NCBI RefSeq assembly: GCF_018350175.1
Contig: NC_058368.1
Location: 117,182,001 to 117,246,000 of the forward strand
DNA: 64,000 nt
Reading direction: 5' to 3'
From: Felis catus
Lineage: Eukaryota
A program made the position numbers and the translations under genes. Under the pieces are notes generated by a model. The model did not search any database and was not told where the DNA came from. It was given only the letters and a program-made list of their open reading frames with translations. Below, piece by piece: positions 49,654-62,996 of the stretch (position 1 is its first letter; each line of letters starts with the position of its first letter).

Positions 49654-51257
49654 GTGAGACCTTTGCAGGCTCAGCCAGTGCTTGAGAGTTACTCTGATCC
49701 AAGCATATGGCTGGGTCATGTCCCTGGGACTGTTGGTCTCTCTGCAAGAGCCCATAGTGAGTGGTAACAATGTTGTAGATGGTGTGCTTTCGAAGTATTT
49801 TGTGAATAACCAGGAAGTTGTCACAGATTAGTACTTGAGATGGATTATGTACCTGAAGGTAAGAAATGAAGGTAATGATCAAGAGCCAGGGTATTGTGGA
49901 AGCATGGTGCCAGAATGTGGGAGCATAGAAGGCTATCCTGTACAGAGGTAGGGTGTATCAGGCAGTCACCTAAACCCAAGAGGTTGCTTTCTCTTCCTGA
50001 ATGAGGGGGGCAGGTTCTGGACTACCTTAACTCTAGGTTACCATTTCCCAATGAATCTAGGGTGACTGCTGTATTTGCCCCACAATATTAAGTACCTCCT
50101 AACCCACTATAGAGAGAACTCTCTGCTTGAAACAGCAGAGAGCACAAAGAGGGGAGAGCTGAAGGGGAAGTAGGGAGGCATCAGGATGCAAGCAGAGATC
50201 TTTGAGTCCAAGTCTTCAGGAATCCCATTCAGGTTCCCACTGAGATTTGAGCTAGATGCAAAAGAATTGGGGGCAGGGGAGCATTAACTTCTTGGGGGGG
50301 GGAAGCAACATGTGAGTAAAATCACTTCATGTCAGAAAACTGGTTTACAGCTGAGGAACTCAGAGGCAGCCACTCTGGAAGTCTTTAAGTAGACTTTTGA
50401 ATTGGTGCAACCATAAATTCTAGAGACAACGCCTGGTTTCTACTCACTCTCCTGGGTGACCTGGATCAGTTCCAGGAATGTTCCCCCTACTAAAAGCTGT
50501 TATGCTCATTCCATAGCTCAAGTCGGGGATCTCATAAAAGCTGAATCCTGTAACCATCAGCTGACATTGAGATTCCTCAAAGCATTGATGGAGAGTCAGA
50601 GCAAGGCTTTACAGGATCCTAACACATGGCTTCTCTCACCTCAGCCATGTTTGGCAGAATGGCGTGGGTGGGTGGGGGGGGTTCACATGGCTTTGCCTCC
50701 CCTGGAAGGACAAAATTTTGTTGGTTTGACAAAGTAGTGGAAACTTCTAAAGTCCTGAGGGAAGTTGCCGGGACAGAACACTGAGAAGTTTTGTACCACT
50801 TTGTCTTCCCTGTTGAGAACCATCTGAGCTGTCAAACTTTGCTGCCAAGGGGGCTGAATCAACCTGCAGCATGAAATGAGTGGGGAGGTAGGAGGCTTCA
50901 TTGACACAGATTTGCCTGTTCCTAAGGTTTCCAGGACTGAGGGGACTTCATAATTGGTTGAGAGCAGACAGACTTTTTGGCCAATCAGACTCAGAGCAGA
51001 GGTGGGGGATCTGCTCTTCCTGCCCACCTCTCCTCCTCCTGTTCCCCAGCTCCACTCAGATTCAGTTCCCCTCCCCCCCCCACCCACCCCCGCCATTTGG
51101 TGACTAAGAAGAACTGCTGCAGGCAGACATACCTCGGAGCAGTTTTTAAGAGGCTGGAAGGAGACATAAGAGATTTCAGCTGCTACATTCCAAGACCTGG
51201 GTCTGCCTTGGAGACAGGACAGCACAGAGTCAGTGTCCAGGAAGGGACCTCTGGGTC

Positions 51258-53717
51258 ATGGGGCCCAAGACACCCCCACAGCTCGCTGGGAAATGGCAAG
51301 TGCTGTGCATGTTGTCGTTGTGCTGCTGGGGCTGGGTGTCCGGGCAGCTTCGTTACTCAGTGGTGGAGGAGTCTGAGCCGGGGACGCTGGTGGGGAATGT
51401 TGCTCAGGATCTAGGCTTAAAGGTGACAGATCTGTTGAGCCGCCGACTGCGGTTGGGGTCTGAGGAGAATGGACACTTTTTTTCCCTGAGCTTGATGAGT
51501 GGTGCTCTGGCCGTGAATCAAAAGATTGACCGGGAGAGCCTATGTGGAGCCAGTACAAGCTGCCTGCTGCCAATACAGGTGGTGACTGAACACCCCCTGG
51601 AACTAATCCGTGTAGAGGTAGAGATCCTGGATCTCAATGACAACTCTCCTGGCTTTGCCACCTCTGAGCGAGAGATACGCATCTCAGAATCAGCTGCGCT
51701 TGGGGCCCGATTCCCACTGGATAGTGCCCAGGATCCGGACGTGGGCACCAATACTGTGAGCTTCTACACTCTAAGCCCCAGCAGCCATTTCTTTCTGAAT
51801 GTGAAGACCCTAAAAGATGGGAAGCTATTCCCAGAGCTGGTGCTGGAGCAGCAGCTGGACCGTGAAGCCCAGGCAAGACATCAGCTGGTGCTTACTGCTG
51901 TGGATGGGGGTATCCCAGCCCGCTCAGGGACGACCCTTATCTCTGTCATTGTACTGGACATTAATGATAATGCTCCAACTTTCCAGTCCTCAGTTCTACG
52001 TGTGGGGCTCCCAGAAAATGCACCCATGGGTACACTGCTGCTCCGCCTCAATGCCACTGATCCGGACGAGGGCACCAATGGCCAACTAGACTATTCTTTT
52101 GGAGACCATACATCAGAAGTGGTGCGTAACATCTTTGGCCTAGACCCTAGCAGTGGAGCAATCCATGTGTTGGGTCCCATAGACTTTGAGGAGTCAAGTT
52201 TCTATGAAATTCACGCAAGAGCCCGTGACCAGGGACAGCCAGCTATGGAAGGCCACTGCATGATTCAGGTGGATGTGGAAGATGCCAATGACAATGCCCC
52301 AGAGGTACTGCTAGCCTCTCTGGTCAACCCTATCCTGGAGAGCACACCAGTGGGCACAGTAGTGGGCTTGTTTAATGTGCGGGACCGAGACTCGGGGAGA
52401 AATGGTGAAGTGAGCCTTGATATCTCCCCGGACCTGCCATTTCAGATTAAGCCTTCTGAGAACCACTACTCACTGCTAACCAGCCAGCCTTTGGACCGGG
52501 AGACCACATCCCACTATGTCATTGAGCTACTTGCTAGTGATGCAGGCTCACCTCCCCTGCATGCACATCTCACCATCCGGCTCAACATTTCAGATGTTAA
52601 TGACAATGCACCCTACTTTTCTCAACAGCTCTATACTGCCTACATCCCTGAAAACCGGCCTCCAGGTTCCCTTCTTTGCACTGTGGCTGCCTCAGACCCA
52701 GACACTGGGGATAATGCCCATCTCACCTACTCCATTGTAGGGAATCAGATTCAGGGAGCCCCAGCTTCCTCCTTTGTATATGTCAACCCTGAGGATGGGC
52801 GGGTCTTTGCCCAGCGCACCTTTGACTACGAATTGTTGCAAATGATGCACATCATGGTGGGTGTGCGAGACTCTGGCTCTCCCCCATTGCACTCGAACAC
52901 ATCTCTGCATGTGTTTGTCCTGGATCAGAATGATAATGCACCAGCGGTGCTGCACCCAAGACCCGGCTGGGAACTCTCAGTCCCCCAACGTCTCCCTCGC
53001 TCTGCTCCTCCTGGCTCCTTGGTCACCAAAGTGACAGCTGTGGATGCTGATGCTGGCCACAATGCATGGCTCTCCTATTCACTGTTGCCACAGTCTACAG
53101 CTCCAGGACTGTTCCTGGTGTCTGCACATACTGGGGAGGTGCGCACAGCCCGGGCCTTACGGGAGGATGACTCTAACACCCAGCAGGTTGTGGTCCTGGT
53201 GAGGGACAATGGTGACCCTTCTCTCTCCTCTACAGCCACAGTGTTGCTGGTTCTGGAGGATGAGGACCCTGAGGAAATGCCCAAATCCAACGATTTCCTC
53301 ACACTCCCTCCTGAGCGTTCAGACCTTACCCTTTACCTCATTGTGGCTCTTGCAGCCATCAGTCTCTTATCCTTAGTCACCTTCACCTTTCTGTCAGCTA
53401 AATGCCTTCGGGGGCACACAGATGAGGATGGGGGTGGGGGCCAGTGCTGCAGGCACCAGGACTCGCCCTCTCGGGACTTCTATAAGCAGTCCAGTCCCAA
53501 CCTGCAGGTGAGCTCAGACGGCACACTCAAGTACATGGAGGTGACACTGCGGCCCACAGACTCACAGAGCCACTGCTACAGGACGTGCTTTTCACCAGCC
53601 TCGGATGGCAGTGACTTCACTTTTCTAAGGCCCCTCAGTGTCCAGCAGCCCTCAGCGCTGGTGCTGGAGCCTGATGCCTTCCGGTCCCGCTCTAATACGC
53701 TGCGGGAGCGGAGCCAG
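51258..53717 (+). CDS. PCDHGC5: Protocadherin gamma-C5 variable exon
   Basis: MGPKTPPQLAGKWQVLCML...GQLRYSVVEESEPGTLVGN, six EC repeats, TM LTLYLIVALAAISLL and tail ...NTLRERSQ. Phase-0 donor CAG|GTGAGG at 53717/53718 gives 820 codons; read-through stops at 53795. Confidence 0.97.
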
Positions 53718-56710
53718 GTGAGGGGCTCAACACTGCCCAGGACAACCCCTGTGGCCTGCAATGGAGAAACAGCCCATCAACAAAAGGGACTTTGAATTTA
53801 TGTCCATTCCTCTCGGGAGGGGGTGGGGGTGTGGGAGTGGAGGAGGATGGAGCTCAGTGTTGCCTGCACTCCACCTGATTGTTGGGACCATTTGGACGGA
53901 TTGTGTGGAATGCCAATGTGGGGATAGGACTCTGAGCACCAGGAGGTGGTGGTGATTATAGGTGAGGGGAAGTAAGACCAGTCCCTGCTGCCCTCACTCA
54001 GAAAAGGCTGGGGCCCAGCAGTCTTTATGGCTAGGGTTGGGGAGCAGAGGGTGGTCCTTGGTGGAGGCAGTCATGGATCTATGCCTGCATCCAGCCTCCT
54101 TGACTCCCAAGCCAGCCAGCTTGCTGTGCCAGTCTTTAAGTTTCCTCTTCCAGTCCCTTGATCTGTGACTTCGCTGTTAATCTCAACCTTCCTTATTCCT
54201 CCGTCAAACAAATGCACCTGTAGACAGGATCATTGTACATCCAGGCTTCATGCATGTCCTCCTTGCAGAACACACCCACTGGCCACACGCAGCAACAGAC
54301 TTGTCTCATCTCATCTGCATGCTCACAGACACACACACGCACACACACCTGCACTTGGGCTTACACACACACACCACCTTTTACTGCCAGCGCTTCCTGC
54401 CAAGTTCACATGCACTGGCTGTTCCTGGGCCCCTCATAGCTTCCCAACCACCTGGCTGCTGGCCTCAGTGGTGCTCACTGCTGACTGATCACACCCTGGT
54501 GAGGATCCCATGGCACAGTTTCCCAGGGCCTGCAAGGACCCAGGAACCTTTTCCTGCTTCTACCTGGGACTAGATCAGGTCACCTCTGGGCAAGAGTTTT
54601 TAACTCTGGCGTGGGCCACCCCATAGTATTGGGGCTCCAAGCAGAGGGCAGCAGTGTGCCTCCAGCCCAGAAACCTCTGGGTCTGGCTGAGCTACCCTGT
54701 GGGCCAAGGGTAGGATAGGCAGCCTGGGACCTCAGTGACAGTCACTGCCTGTCCTATCACAGGAAGTGGGGACATGAAGCACCTGGACCCTGGACACTCA
54801 GAGATAGGTTTTTGGCTCCGTCGTGACCTTCATGTGGTTCCTGTGATCTAGGGTCAGGGCTTTGGGGGTGACCAAAGTATATGAGACTCTGTCAATCCTT
54901 CCTTCAGCTGAGGGAAAGCCACAGCCTCTGCCAGATGCTGGGGTGCCCTCATCAGTGGGGAAACTATGATAGTAAAAAGGCACAAGTTTCCACAAACTCA
55001 GGAGCTTTTATTCAAAATATACTCATGCCCCACTCTGCACTTGATGAATCAGAATTAGAGTTTGAAACAATACCCCCATGTGATAGCTGATTGAAAGAGC
55101 CTTCCTGCACTACCTCCTTGAAGTACCATGTTCTTCACTTGTTCTTCCCAAGAATTTTGTTGGGTAGATACTAGCTTCCCCACCTTGTAACTGAATTTCA
55201 CAGAGGTCAAGTGACATGCAAGTTCACTGGGTAAGTGGTAGAGAAAGATCTAACTTGGGTCTAATTCCAGAATTTGTGCTTTCACAAAGCTGGAAGATGG
55301 GAGGGCAGTTTGCATCTGCTTGGATGGGGCATAGATGGGATTCTTTCCCTTTTAGGGCTTTATATGTTAGAGAAAAGTCTCCTGGGGCTCCTTGTTCCTG
55401 AGTAGCCCTCACTGAACACACTTTGGACCTGCCATCTTTGTGTAAGTTGTGAGTTTTGCCCAGCAACTCTCCTCCAGTCTGTCATGGTTCTTGCATGATT
55501 CATGGTTCTTGCATGGATCATACATAGATTGTCCTGTGTCTAAGAATACAGTGGCTGATGAGTAGGCATCCCATTGCCTTTCCCCAGGCTGGTGATCTGG
55601 ACTGGTGCTGGTGACTTGTGTTGTACCTGGGATGCTAACTTTCTGAGTTCTGCTCATATCACTGACACCTGTGGGCCTTAGAGTGAGATACTTGACAGAC
55701 TTGGGTCTGTCTTCTCCCCCGTGTAATCAGAGATGCTCACACTTCTCCTCTGCTTCTGGGAGTGAGAGTGAGAGTCTCTTAACAGTACAGCCCAGAAGGG
55801 GTAAGGAGATGGCTCTAGGAGTGCTCCATGTGTGATGGGATAATACACCCTCTCGAAAGGGTGGAAGGGACTCAGGAGTGAAGTGGCCAGCCAAAGTCCC
55901 ACACCTTCACCCAGGTGGGACATGGCTACAGATCAGCCCCTTAGGAACCCTGGAGACTTAGCTGGCTCTCCTTAGAGGCTTTGGAGGCTGTGGGAGCTAG
56001 GTCTCTGCTGGGCTCCATCCCAGCAGTTTTCTCTGTCCCAGACAGAGCAGCCTTGTTCTCTCCTCCTTAGTCACAGCCATTGTCTGGCAGAGTTCTGGGG
56101 GTGAGGGGTGTCTTGGGGCTTGGATGCCCTGCAAAGGATCAGTCTGGCATGACTCCTAAGTTAATAATGTGTTTAGCTGTGGGAAGGTACTCTTGAGAGC
56201 CAAAGGCCTGGAGGAGGCGTCCCTCTGAATATATTACAGCACAACCTGGCGCAAAAAGGGTTACCCGGAGCAGCAGCCATCTTGCTGCAAGGATGCTTTT
56301 GTTTCCCAGCTGAGGAGCTAAATAAATTCTTTCTAGAGGCTGGTGAAATTCTCATCTAAAATCTCCTCTGCCACTTTTGAGGGCCTTTTCTGCACCCCTC
56401 CCTCTGGTTCCACAGGAGACACTTTCAGCCCTTGAATCTCAGCTCCGAATTTCTGAGTCTGTGGGCAGGGAGGAATGGGCTATTTCTTCAGCAGAGGAAT
56501 CTGGGTTTGCTCACTATGTTCAGATAGGTGTTATTTTCTCTCTGCCTCAGACCTCTGAGACCTGGGGTTCGGTTTGTCTTTGGAGATTAGTCTTTCCCTC
56601 CCTCCTCTTTCTCTGTGTCCATTCCCCTCTTTCCTTCCTTGCCCATCCCCAGACTGTGGTGACATTCTTTTTGTGAGTACTCAGCCCCTTTCCCTCTGTT
56701 TTCTCCACAG

Positions 56711-56769
56711 CAAGCCCCGCCCAACACGGACTGGCGATTCTCTCAGGCCCAGAGACCTGGCACCAGCGG
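56711..56769 (+). CDS. PCDHG constant region exon 1 (59 bp, shared by all gamma isoforms)
   Basis: Polypyrimidine tract and ccacag acceptor. Encodes [19 protein letters not shown](G) in phase 0, matching all four variable-exon donors. Donor GG|GTAGGT at 56770. The later constant exons are not in this window. Confidence 0.97.
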
Positions 56770-57329
56770 GTAGGTGACTGCTTCTCCAGCCCACCCTCTT
56801 CTCTGCGGCATTTTCTCAGTGATGACGTGGGAGGAGGTGGGGGAGGGCTCAGCATTTGCTACAAATGGCTTCTTCCCTCAGTTCCGGATTTCAGGGAGGC
56901 TTTGGTGTATTGGGGGCTGGTACACAGAGCCCAGAAGGAAAAGGCTTCTACTCTATTTTGAAAGCTCATTTCACACCTCAGCCCCTCCCTTCTCACCAGG
57001 TGAATCTTTTCCTATCTCCTGGTCCTGAGGTGGTCTCTGGGTGGAACCCATCTAATTCCTAAGTCCCCCTGTTCCAGGTTGGGCTGGGGTTCAGGCAGAG
57101 AACCAGGGGACAGGAGACGGGGGAGGCACAGTCGGCAGTCAGAACCTCCTCCAGAGTCCAAGGGGAAGAGCCCAGGAGAGGTGGGGGAGGTGGGTCAGCT
57201 GTTGGAAGTGGAAACTGCACTGCTGGAGGCTGGGCTGAGGAGGGAGCTCCTGGGACAGGTCTCCTCCCGCCCCACTCCAGGCTGCCTAGGTCCTGAAACT
57301 GGTCCTGCCCTCTCTACCTGCAGGCCTTT

Positions 57330-57870
57330 TTCTCTGCCACTCTTTCTTACTGCTTTGGCCTTCCCTCAGTCTCTTATCTCAGTTTGTGGTCTTTGCCTCT
57401 CACTCTCTTTCTGTCTCTTAGTTTCTGTCTTTATTGCTGCATCTTGGTCCCTGCCGTTTGTGTCTACTTGCCCTGATCTGTGCCTTGCACTGCACCTGCC
57501 ATGCTGGGTGCTCAATAAATGTGGAATTAATGAATAAATATGACTCTTCCTTAGTCTCAGTCTCTGTTTCTTTTCTGTCTGTTTCTGCCTCCCAGTCTCT
57601 TTCCTTGAACTCTTTTCTTTTCCTCTTTCCTAGTGTCCTCATGTTCCTCTGTCTCTAGTCTCTTGGTTTCTCAACCTCTTGATATTTCTGCTTTCCTCTT
57701 TGTTCTCAGCCTATGTCTTTTTCCTTGTCTTTGTGTGTGTCTGTTTCTGTATCTCTAAGTGTGTAGTCTGTGTCTGCATTGCTGAATCTCTTCCTGTTAC
57801 TCTTTGTTTCTCTCTGTTTCCCTTTTATCCTGTCTCCTACTCTTTGTCTCTGTCTCTCATTTTTTTGTAC
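57330..57870. repeat. Pyrimidine-rich (CT/GT) low-complexity intronic tract
   Basis: Long degenerate tctgtc/tctct repeats. Confidence 0.7.
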
Positions 57871-60800
57871 TTGTGGGCAAGCCAGCACACACATCCCCTC
57901 ACCTCCCGCCCGCAACTCTCTCCCTGCCCCTGTCCCTCACATACAGAGTCTTTGATCAGTGCTCACCACCACATACTCCTCTATCCAGGCTATCCCAGCT
58001 GTTCATTTCAGTTGAGTATGAATTCCTGCTGAGACAGGAACCTCCTGCGGGTGGTGGGGAAGGAAAAAGCAGAAAGATCTTTAGTTGGTCTGAGGGAAGT
58101 GGGGTGGGCTTTGGGCCAGTTCTCCCTGTTAGAAGTCAGGAGCCTAGAGGAGTCCAAGGAACCCAGGAGAGAGAGAGGGCAGAGCTTAGGTCACCTTCCT
58201 CTGCCTCCTTGATGGTCAGGCACTTGCTGCCCACATTTTCCCACATGTTATAGTTGGTGAGTGTTCACTGCCACAAGAATCCAGGAGACCTCAGCACATG
58301 CCAGGGAGGTAGAGACTCCACCTCCTTGGCATGTGCAGTCCTGCACATGTATCAGGAACTCAAGATGCTTCCTAGAAGGCCTTTAGAAGGCAGAAAAACA
58401 GTTGGTTTGGACTGTCTTTGCCCCTTCCTTGACCCCATCTGTCTCCTTTTAATCCAGTGGCTTTGCCAGCCTTTCTGTATAGCTTATCCATTAGGTCATT
58501 CATATGTTTATTCATGTATTCATTCATGCATCACCTACTTATTGGGCATCTACTATAAACCAGGCCATGTTCTAAACACTGTCCTGTAAGAATGAACAAG
58601 CAGACATGATCTTTGAGCTCATAGACTTCCAGGATAGCAGGTGAGACAACAAATTGACAACAAATTGCACTAAAAAATGTCTAGTTAGAAATCATAGCAA
58701 GTTCTCAGAAAAAGAGGGTCATATGAGTGTAATCGTGGGGGGAAGGGTAGAGAAAGCCTCCAAGAAGAAGTGACATTTGAGCTGAGGTGATGAGAGGTAC
58801 TGGGCAAATTGTGTCCCCTTTACCCACCTCTGCTGCAGACTGTATACTGGCCCTGAAGCAGAATTCAGTGCTGAACCTAGAAGTCCCACAGATTGCTTCT
58901 GTTGTCCCCTCTGGGTTGAGCACCGTACCCCTGCCTCAAGTCCTTTGTCATCAAATGAAAGACTTGGTGGCCTGAAATACAGGAGCTCTTGGGGAGATGT
59001 AAGGGAAGATTCCCTTCCTTAGTTAAGTTGAGGGGGATGGACAAACATTTCTGATGTAGTTCCAAAATGGCCCAGGTGAAATAAACATTAAGGGCCCAAT
59101 CCAACAACTATACCTTTTCTCCTTCATTTATTCCATAGTTAGTAAGCACCTACTGTAGGCCAGGTGGTGTTTTAGGGGTAGGAGATGACAAAATAGGCCT
59201 GCTCCCTGCCCACAAGGAGCTTACCATGCGTTGAGTAAAGCAAATATTAACTAAATACCAAAGTAAATGTAAGATCACAGCTATTGTAAGTGCTATAAAG
59301 TGCACTACCTGGTGGTGAGGGCCTACAGTAGGGATTTGCCCTGGTAAGGGAGCAAGAGGACCTTTAGGAGGAAAGGAGATTGTGCTGAAATCTGAAGGGT
59401 TTCAAATTAACCAGCTGAAGGAGAGAGGGAAGAGCCTCCACACAGGCCTTGTGGTAAGGCCTCTCAAGATCAACAGACTGACAGGGTACTTTGTCTTTGC
59501 TGCTGTTATGATGAGTGAATCTGAGTGGAAGGATGAAGAAAGGAGATTTATCTAGTCCAACTCTGGCTCCAGCCCTCCATTGCTTCTCTGCTCCACTCCC
59601 CTCCACTGCACCATCTTGGCTACTGGCACACCATGTTCACAGCAGGGTTAGTGTTGAGGTGAACCTAGTTCAAGTTCAAGTCAGCACTGGGTCACATTGC
59701 CCAGACAATAGGGGGAAAGACACGTTCTGAAGTCCCTGCCTGCCAGGTGCTCCTCCTTCCAGCCACTGTCCTGTCTCAAGTCATCTTTTTGGCTTCTTAT
59801 CTCAACAGCTGTTATCTCAAGCTCTGAACCCAGCAAGCCACTTGTCCCTTCTCACACAGTAACACAGGCTCCACCCTGCAGCTGTTCCCAGTCTCTGCAC
59901 AGTGAGAGTCTCCATTTAGCTTGTCCTGGTCTCCACTCTGTTCTCCTTTGATGGCTCCACACTACCCTTCCATCCCCCTCCTCTGAGAAACACTATCCTT
60001 GCTCTCCCTCAGTTGAGGCAGCCATTCAGCAGACAAATAGCAACTTAGTTTTGGGGTTTTTTTTTTTTGCTTATAAAATAATACATGCTCATTGTAGAAG
60101 CATGGGGAAATAGAGAAAAATTTTTAAAAGAAAAAGGACTCAAATTTCACAACCCAGAGAAACCCCCATTAAAAATTTTTGAATATGAAATTTTCAAATT
60201 TGTACAAAAGTAGAATGGTATAATGAACCTCTATGATCCCACCGTCCAGCTTCACCTAATGCCTTACGTTGTTTCACTTCAGTCTCCACCCTGTTTCCCC
60301 CTTGAATTACTGTGAAACAAATCTCAGCCATCATATAATGTCATCTGACTCTTCACGGTCTTAGACAATTCTTTTACATACAGAAGAATTAACAATAATA
60401 TCAATAAACTAATAATATGTTAATACTAACTAATATAATATTAATAAACTAGTATCATCAAATATGTAGTCTGTATTGACACTTCCCGTTATGTGTCTCT
60501 CTCTGGTAATTCATTTGCACGCTTATCCAAATTAAGACCCACATTTTGTATTTGAGTGTTTCAAATCTCTTAAGCTCTTTAATATTTTCACATGTGTATT
60601 TTATTATATTATTTTCTTAATGTTTATTTTGAGAGAGCACGAGTGTGAGTTGGGGCAGGGCAGAGAGAGCTGGAACAGAAGATCCACCTGTATCTGTTCT
60701 CTTTGCAGTATATCACAATTTTCCCACGTCAGTAAAACAAAACAAAACAAATTCAAAGTTAATTGTTGCATAACAGCCCCTTATATGGACATATAATGTA

Positions 60801-61374
60801 TATTTTAAAAGACTGACAGGCTTTTACTACCTTAAAACAATTCATACGTGTTTATATTTTAACATAGTTAAATCCAGGCTGTTGTTAGAGGTGACTTTCC
60901 CAGACTTTTCTTTTTTTTTGATCATGCTGCAGGGAGCATTTTTCCATAGCCCATCTTCTGGGATGTTCCCTCACACACCCATCCAGTGCACCAGAATACA
61001 AACTCCTTACGGCAAAACTCTATCAGCTTTTATATCTCAGGGTTTACCATAGTCACTGACACATAGTGGATGCTTGGAAAATGGTGAATTAGAGATAGTC
61101 AATCCCCTCTACTTTTATTGTTCAACATCTCCTAAATCCTGGAAGAGTCTCCTATCCCCACTGCTGCCTCTCTGCTGAAGTCCAGTGTGGTGTCATGTAT
61201 AAGAACATAGGCTTCAGATTCACATTAGGCCTCTTTCAGGACGTAGCTCTGCCAGTTATTGGCTGTGAGAATTTGGGAGTCTCTTAACCTCTCTGAGCCC
61301 TGGATTCATCTACTAAAAAATAGGGATAATCATAATAACACTTACCTGCAGGTGGTTCTGAGGCTTAATTTGGC

Positions 61375-61377
<3 letters not shown>

Positions 61378-61420
<43 letters not shown>
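61378..61420. repeat. (CA)n microsatellite
   Basis: Perfect CA run of about 21 units. Confidence 0.95.
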
Positions 61421-61423
<3 letters not shown>

Positions 61424-62534
61424 GAAGAACATAAATATATTCTCTTCCAGAGAATAGGAAGCTCTCAGCAAATTGTTCAGAAAGAAGTCAAAGATCTGGC
61501 AACCTGCCCATCCGTTTAGCCTGCAGCCTTCAACCATTGCCCAAGAATCCTCCTTATAGCCCAGCCCATTATGGTTCCAGGCCTACCCCTCCACTCACCT
61601 CTGTTCCCTCAGCACCACTCCCCAGTCTCCACTGGGCATCCCCCTAACCAGGTATCTGACCCTCTTGTCTCCCCTGGAGCCCTTCTCTCTGCTTCCCCTC
61701 CGTGACAACTGTTCTCCCCACTCTATCCCAGTTAGGCTTCTCCTCTAGGCATGAGCCCATCTGCCTGAGGCCTCTGCCTTCCAGCACGTCCAGTGACAGC
61801 AGGACTGCAAGGAGACAGAGGTGGCTGAGGCCGCAGCACTGGGCTCCTGTCCTCCTAGAGGGACCCTTCACCCTTAGTCCTCTCCCAGGAGCAAAAGCAG
61901 TCTTTAAATTCTTAAATCCAATCATGACACCCCCCTCCCTTTAAACACCTCAGTGACTTCTCAGAGCTCTTAGGATGAGACCAAAGTTTTTAGTGTCCAT
62001 TTTATAACCTCAGCCCCTGACACCATCTCCCCTTGGGATAGCCACACTGGCTTCCCTTAGTCCACTGAACTGGCCAAGCATTTCCCAGCCTCAGAGGCTT
62101 GGGGCACGTTCCTCACTCTGCCTGGAAAGCTCTCTCCCACAACACTACTTTCTCCTAGATACTTCATTTTACTTCTCAACATTTTACCTTGAGATGTTTC
62201 AAGCTTGTCAAAAAGTTCACTTGTTGAAATAGTGTGATGAACTCAGACATACTGTTTTTACCTAGATTAATCAGTTGTTTGTATTTTGCATTTTTTTCTC
62301 TCTCTTTCTCTCTTTCCACACACTTACTACACTTTTTTTTCTGAATATTTGAGAGTTGCAGACATTGTAGTGTTTGAAAAACTTTAGTATACACCTCCTA
62401 ATAACAGTAACATTCTCATACAAACCATACAAGAATGATCACGTTTGGGAAATTTAACAGTAGTGTAATAACATGTAGTCCACTGGCAGATTTTCATAAA
62501 TGTTCTCCAAATGTCCTTTTAATTTGTTTGGTAT

Positions 62535-62996
62535 TTTTTTTTTTAAAGCAAGCTCTATACCCAATGTGGGGCTTGAACTCATGATCCTAATATCAAGAGT
62601 TGCATGGTCTACCAACTGAGCCAGTCAGGCACCCCTGATGTTTTTTTGTTTTTTGTTTTTTTTTTTTGTTTTTTTTTTTCAATTTGGGATTCAATCAAGG
62701 AGCATGAATTACCTTTGCTTGCCCTATTGCTTTCGTCTCCTTTAATGTAGAACAGTCTCCTTACTTTTTTGTCTGTCTGTTTTAATGACATGGACATTTT
62801 TTAGAGTCCAAGCCAGTTGTCTTTTAAAATATCCCACAATCTGGGGCTCCTGGGTAGCTCAGTTGGTTGAGCATCTGACTTCAACTCAGGTCATGAATTC
62901 ATGGTGTCAGCACCAAACCCGCTTTGAATCCTCTGTCCCTCTCTATCTATCTGTCCCTCTCTCCCTCTGTCTCAAAAATAAACACAAATAAATAAA
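62535..62996. mobile_element. Two Can-SINEs (62535-62635 minus; 62842-62996 plus, internally deleted)
   Basis: SINE heads visible; the second has the diverged TSD aaaatatcccacaatct/aaaatgtcccatgatct. Confidence 0.8.
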
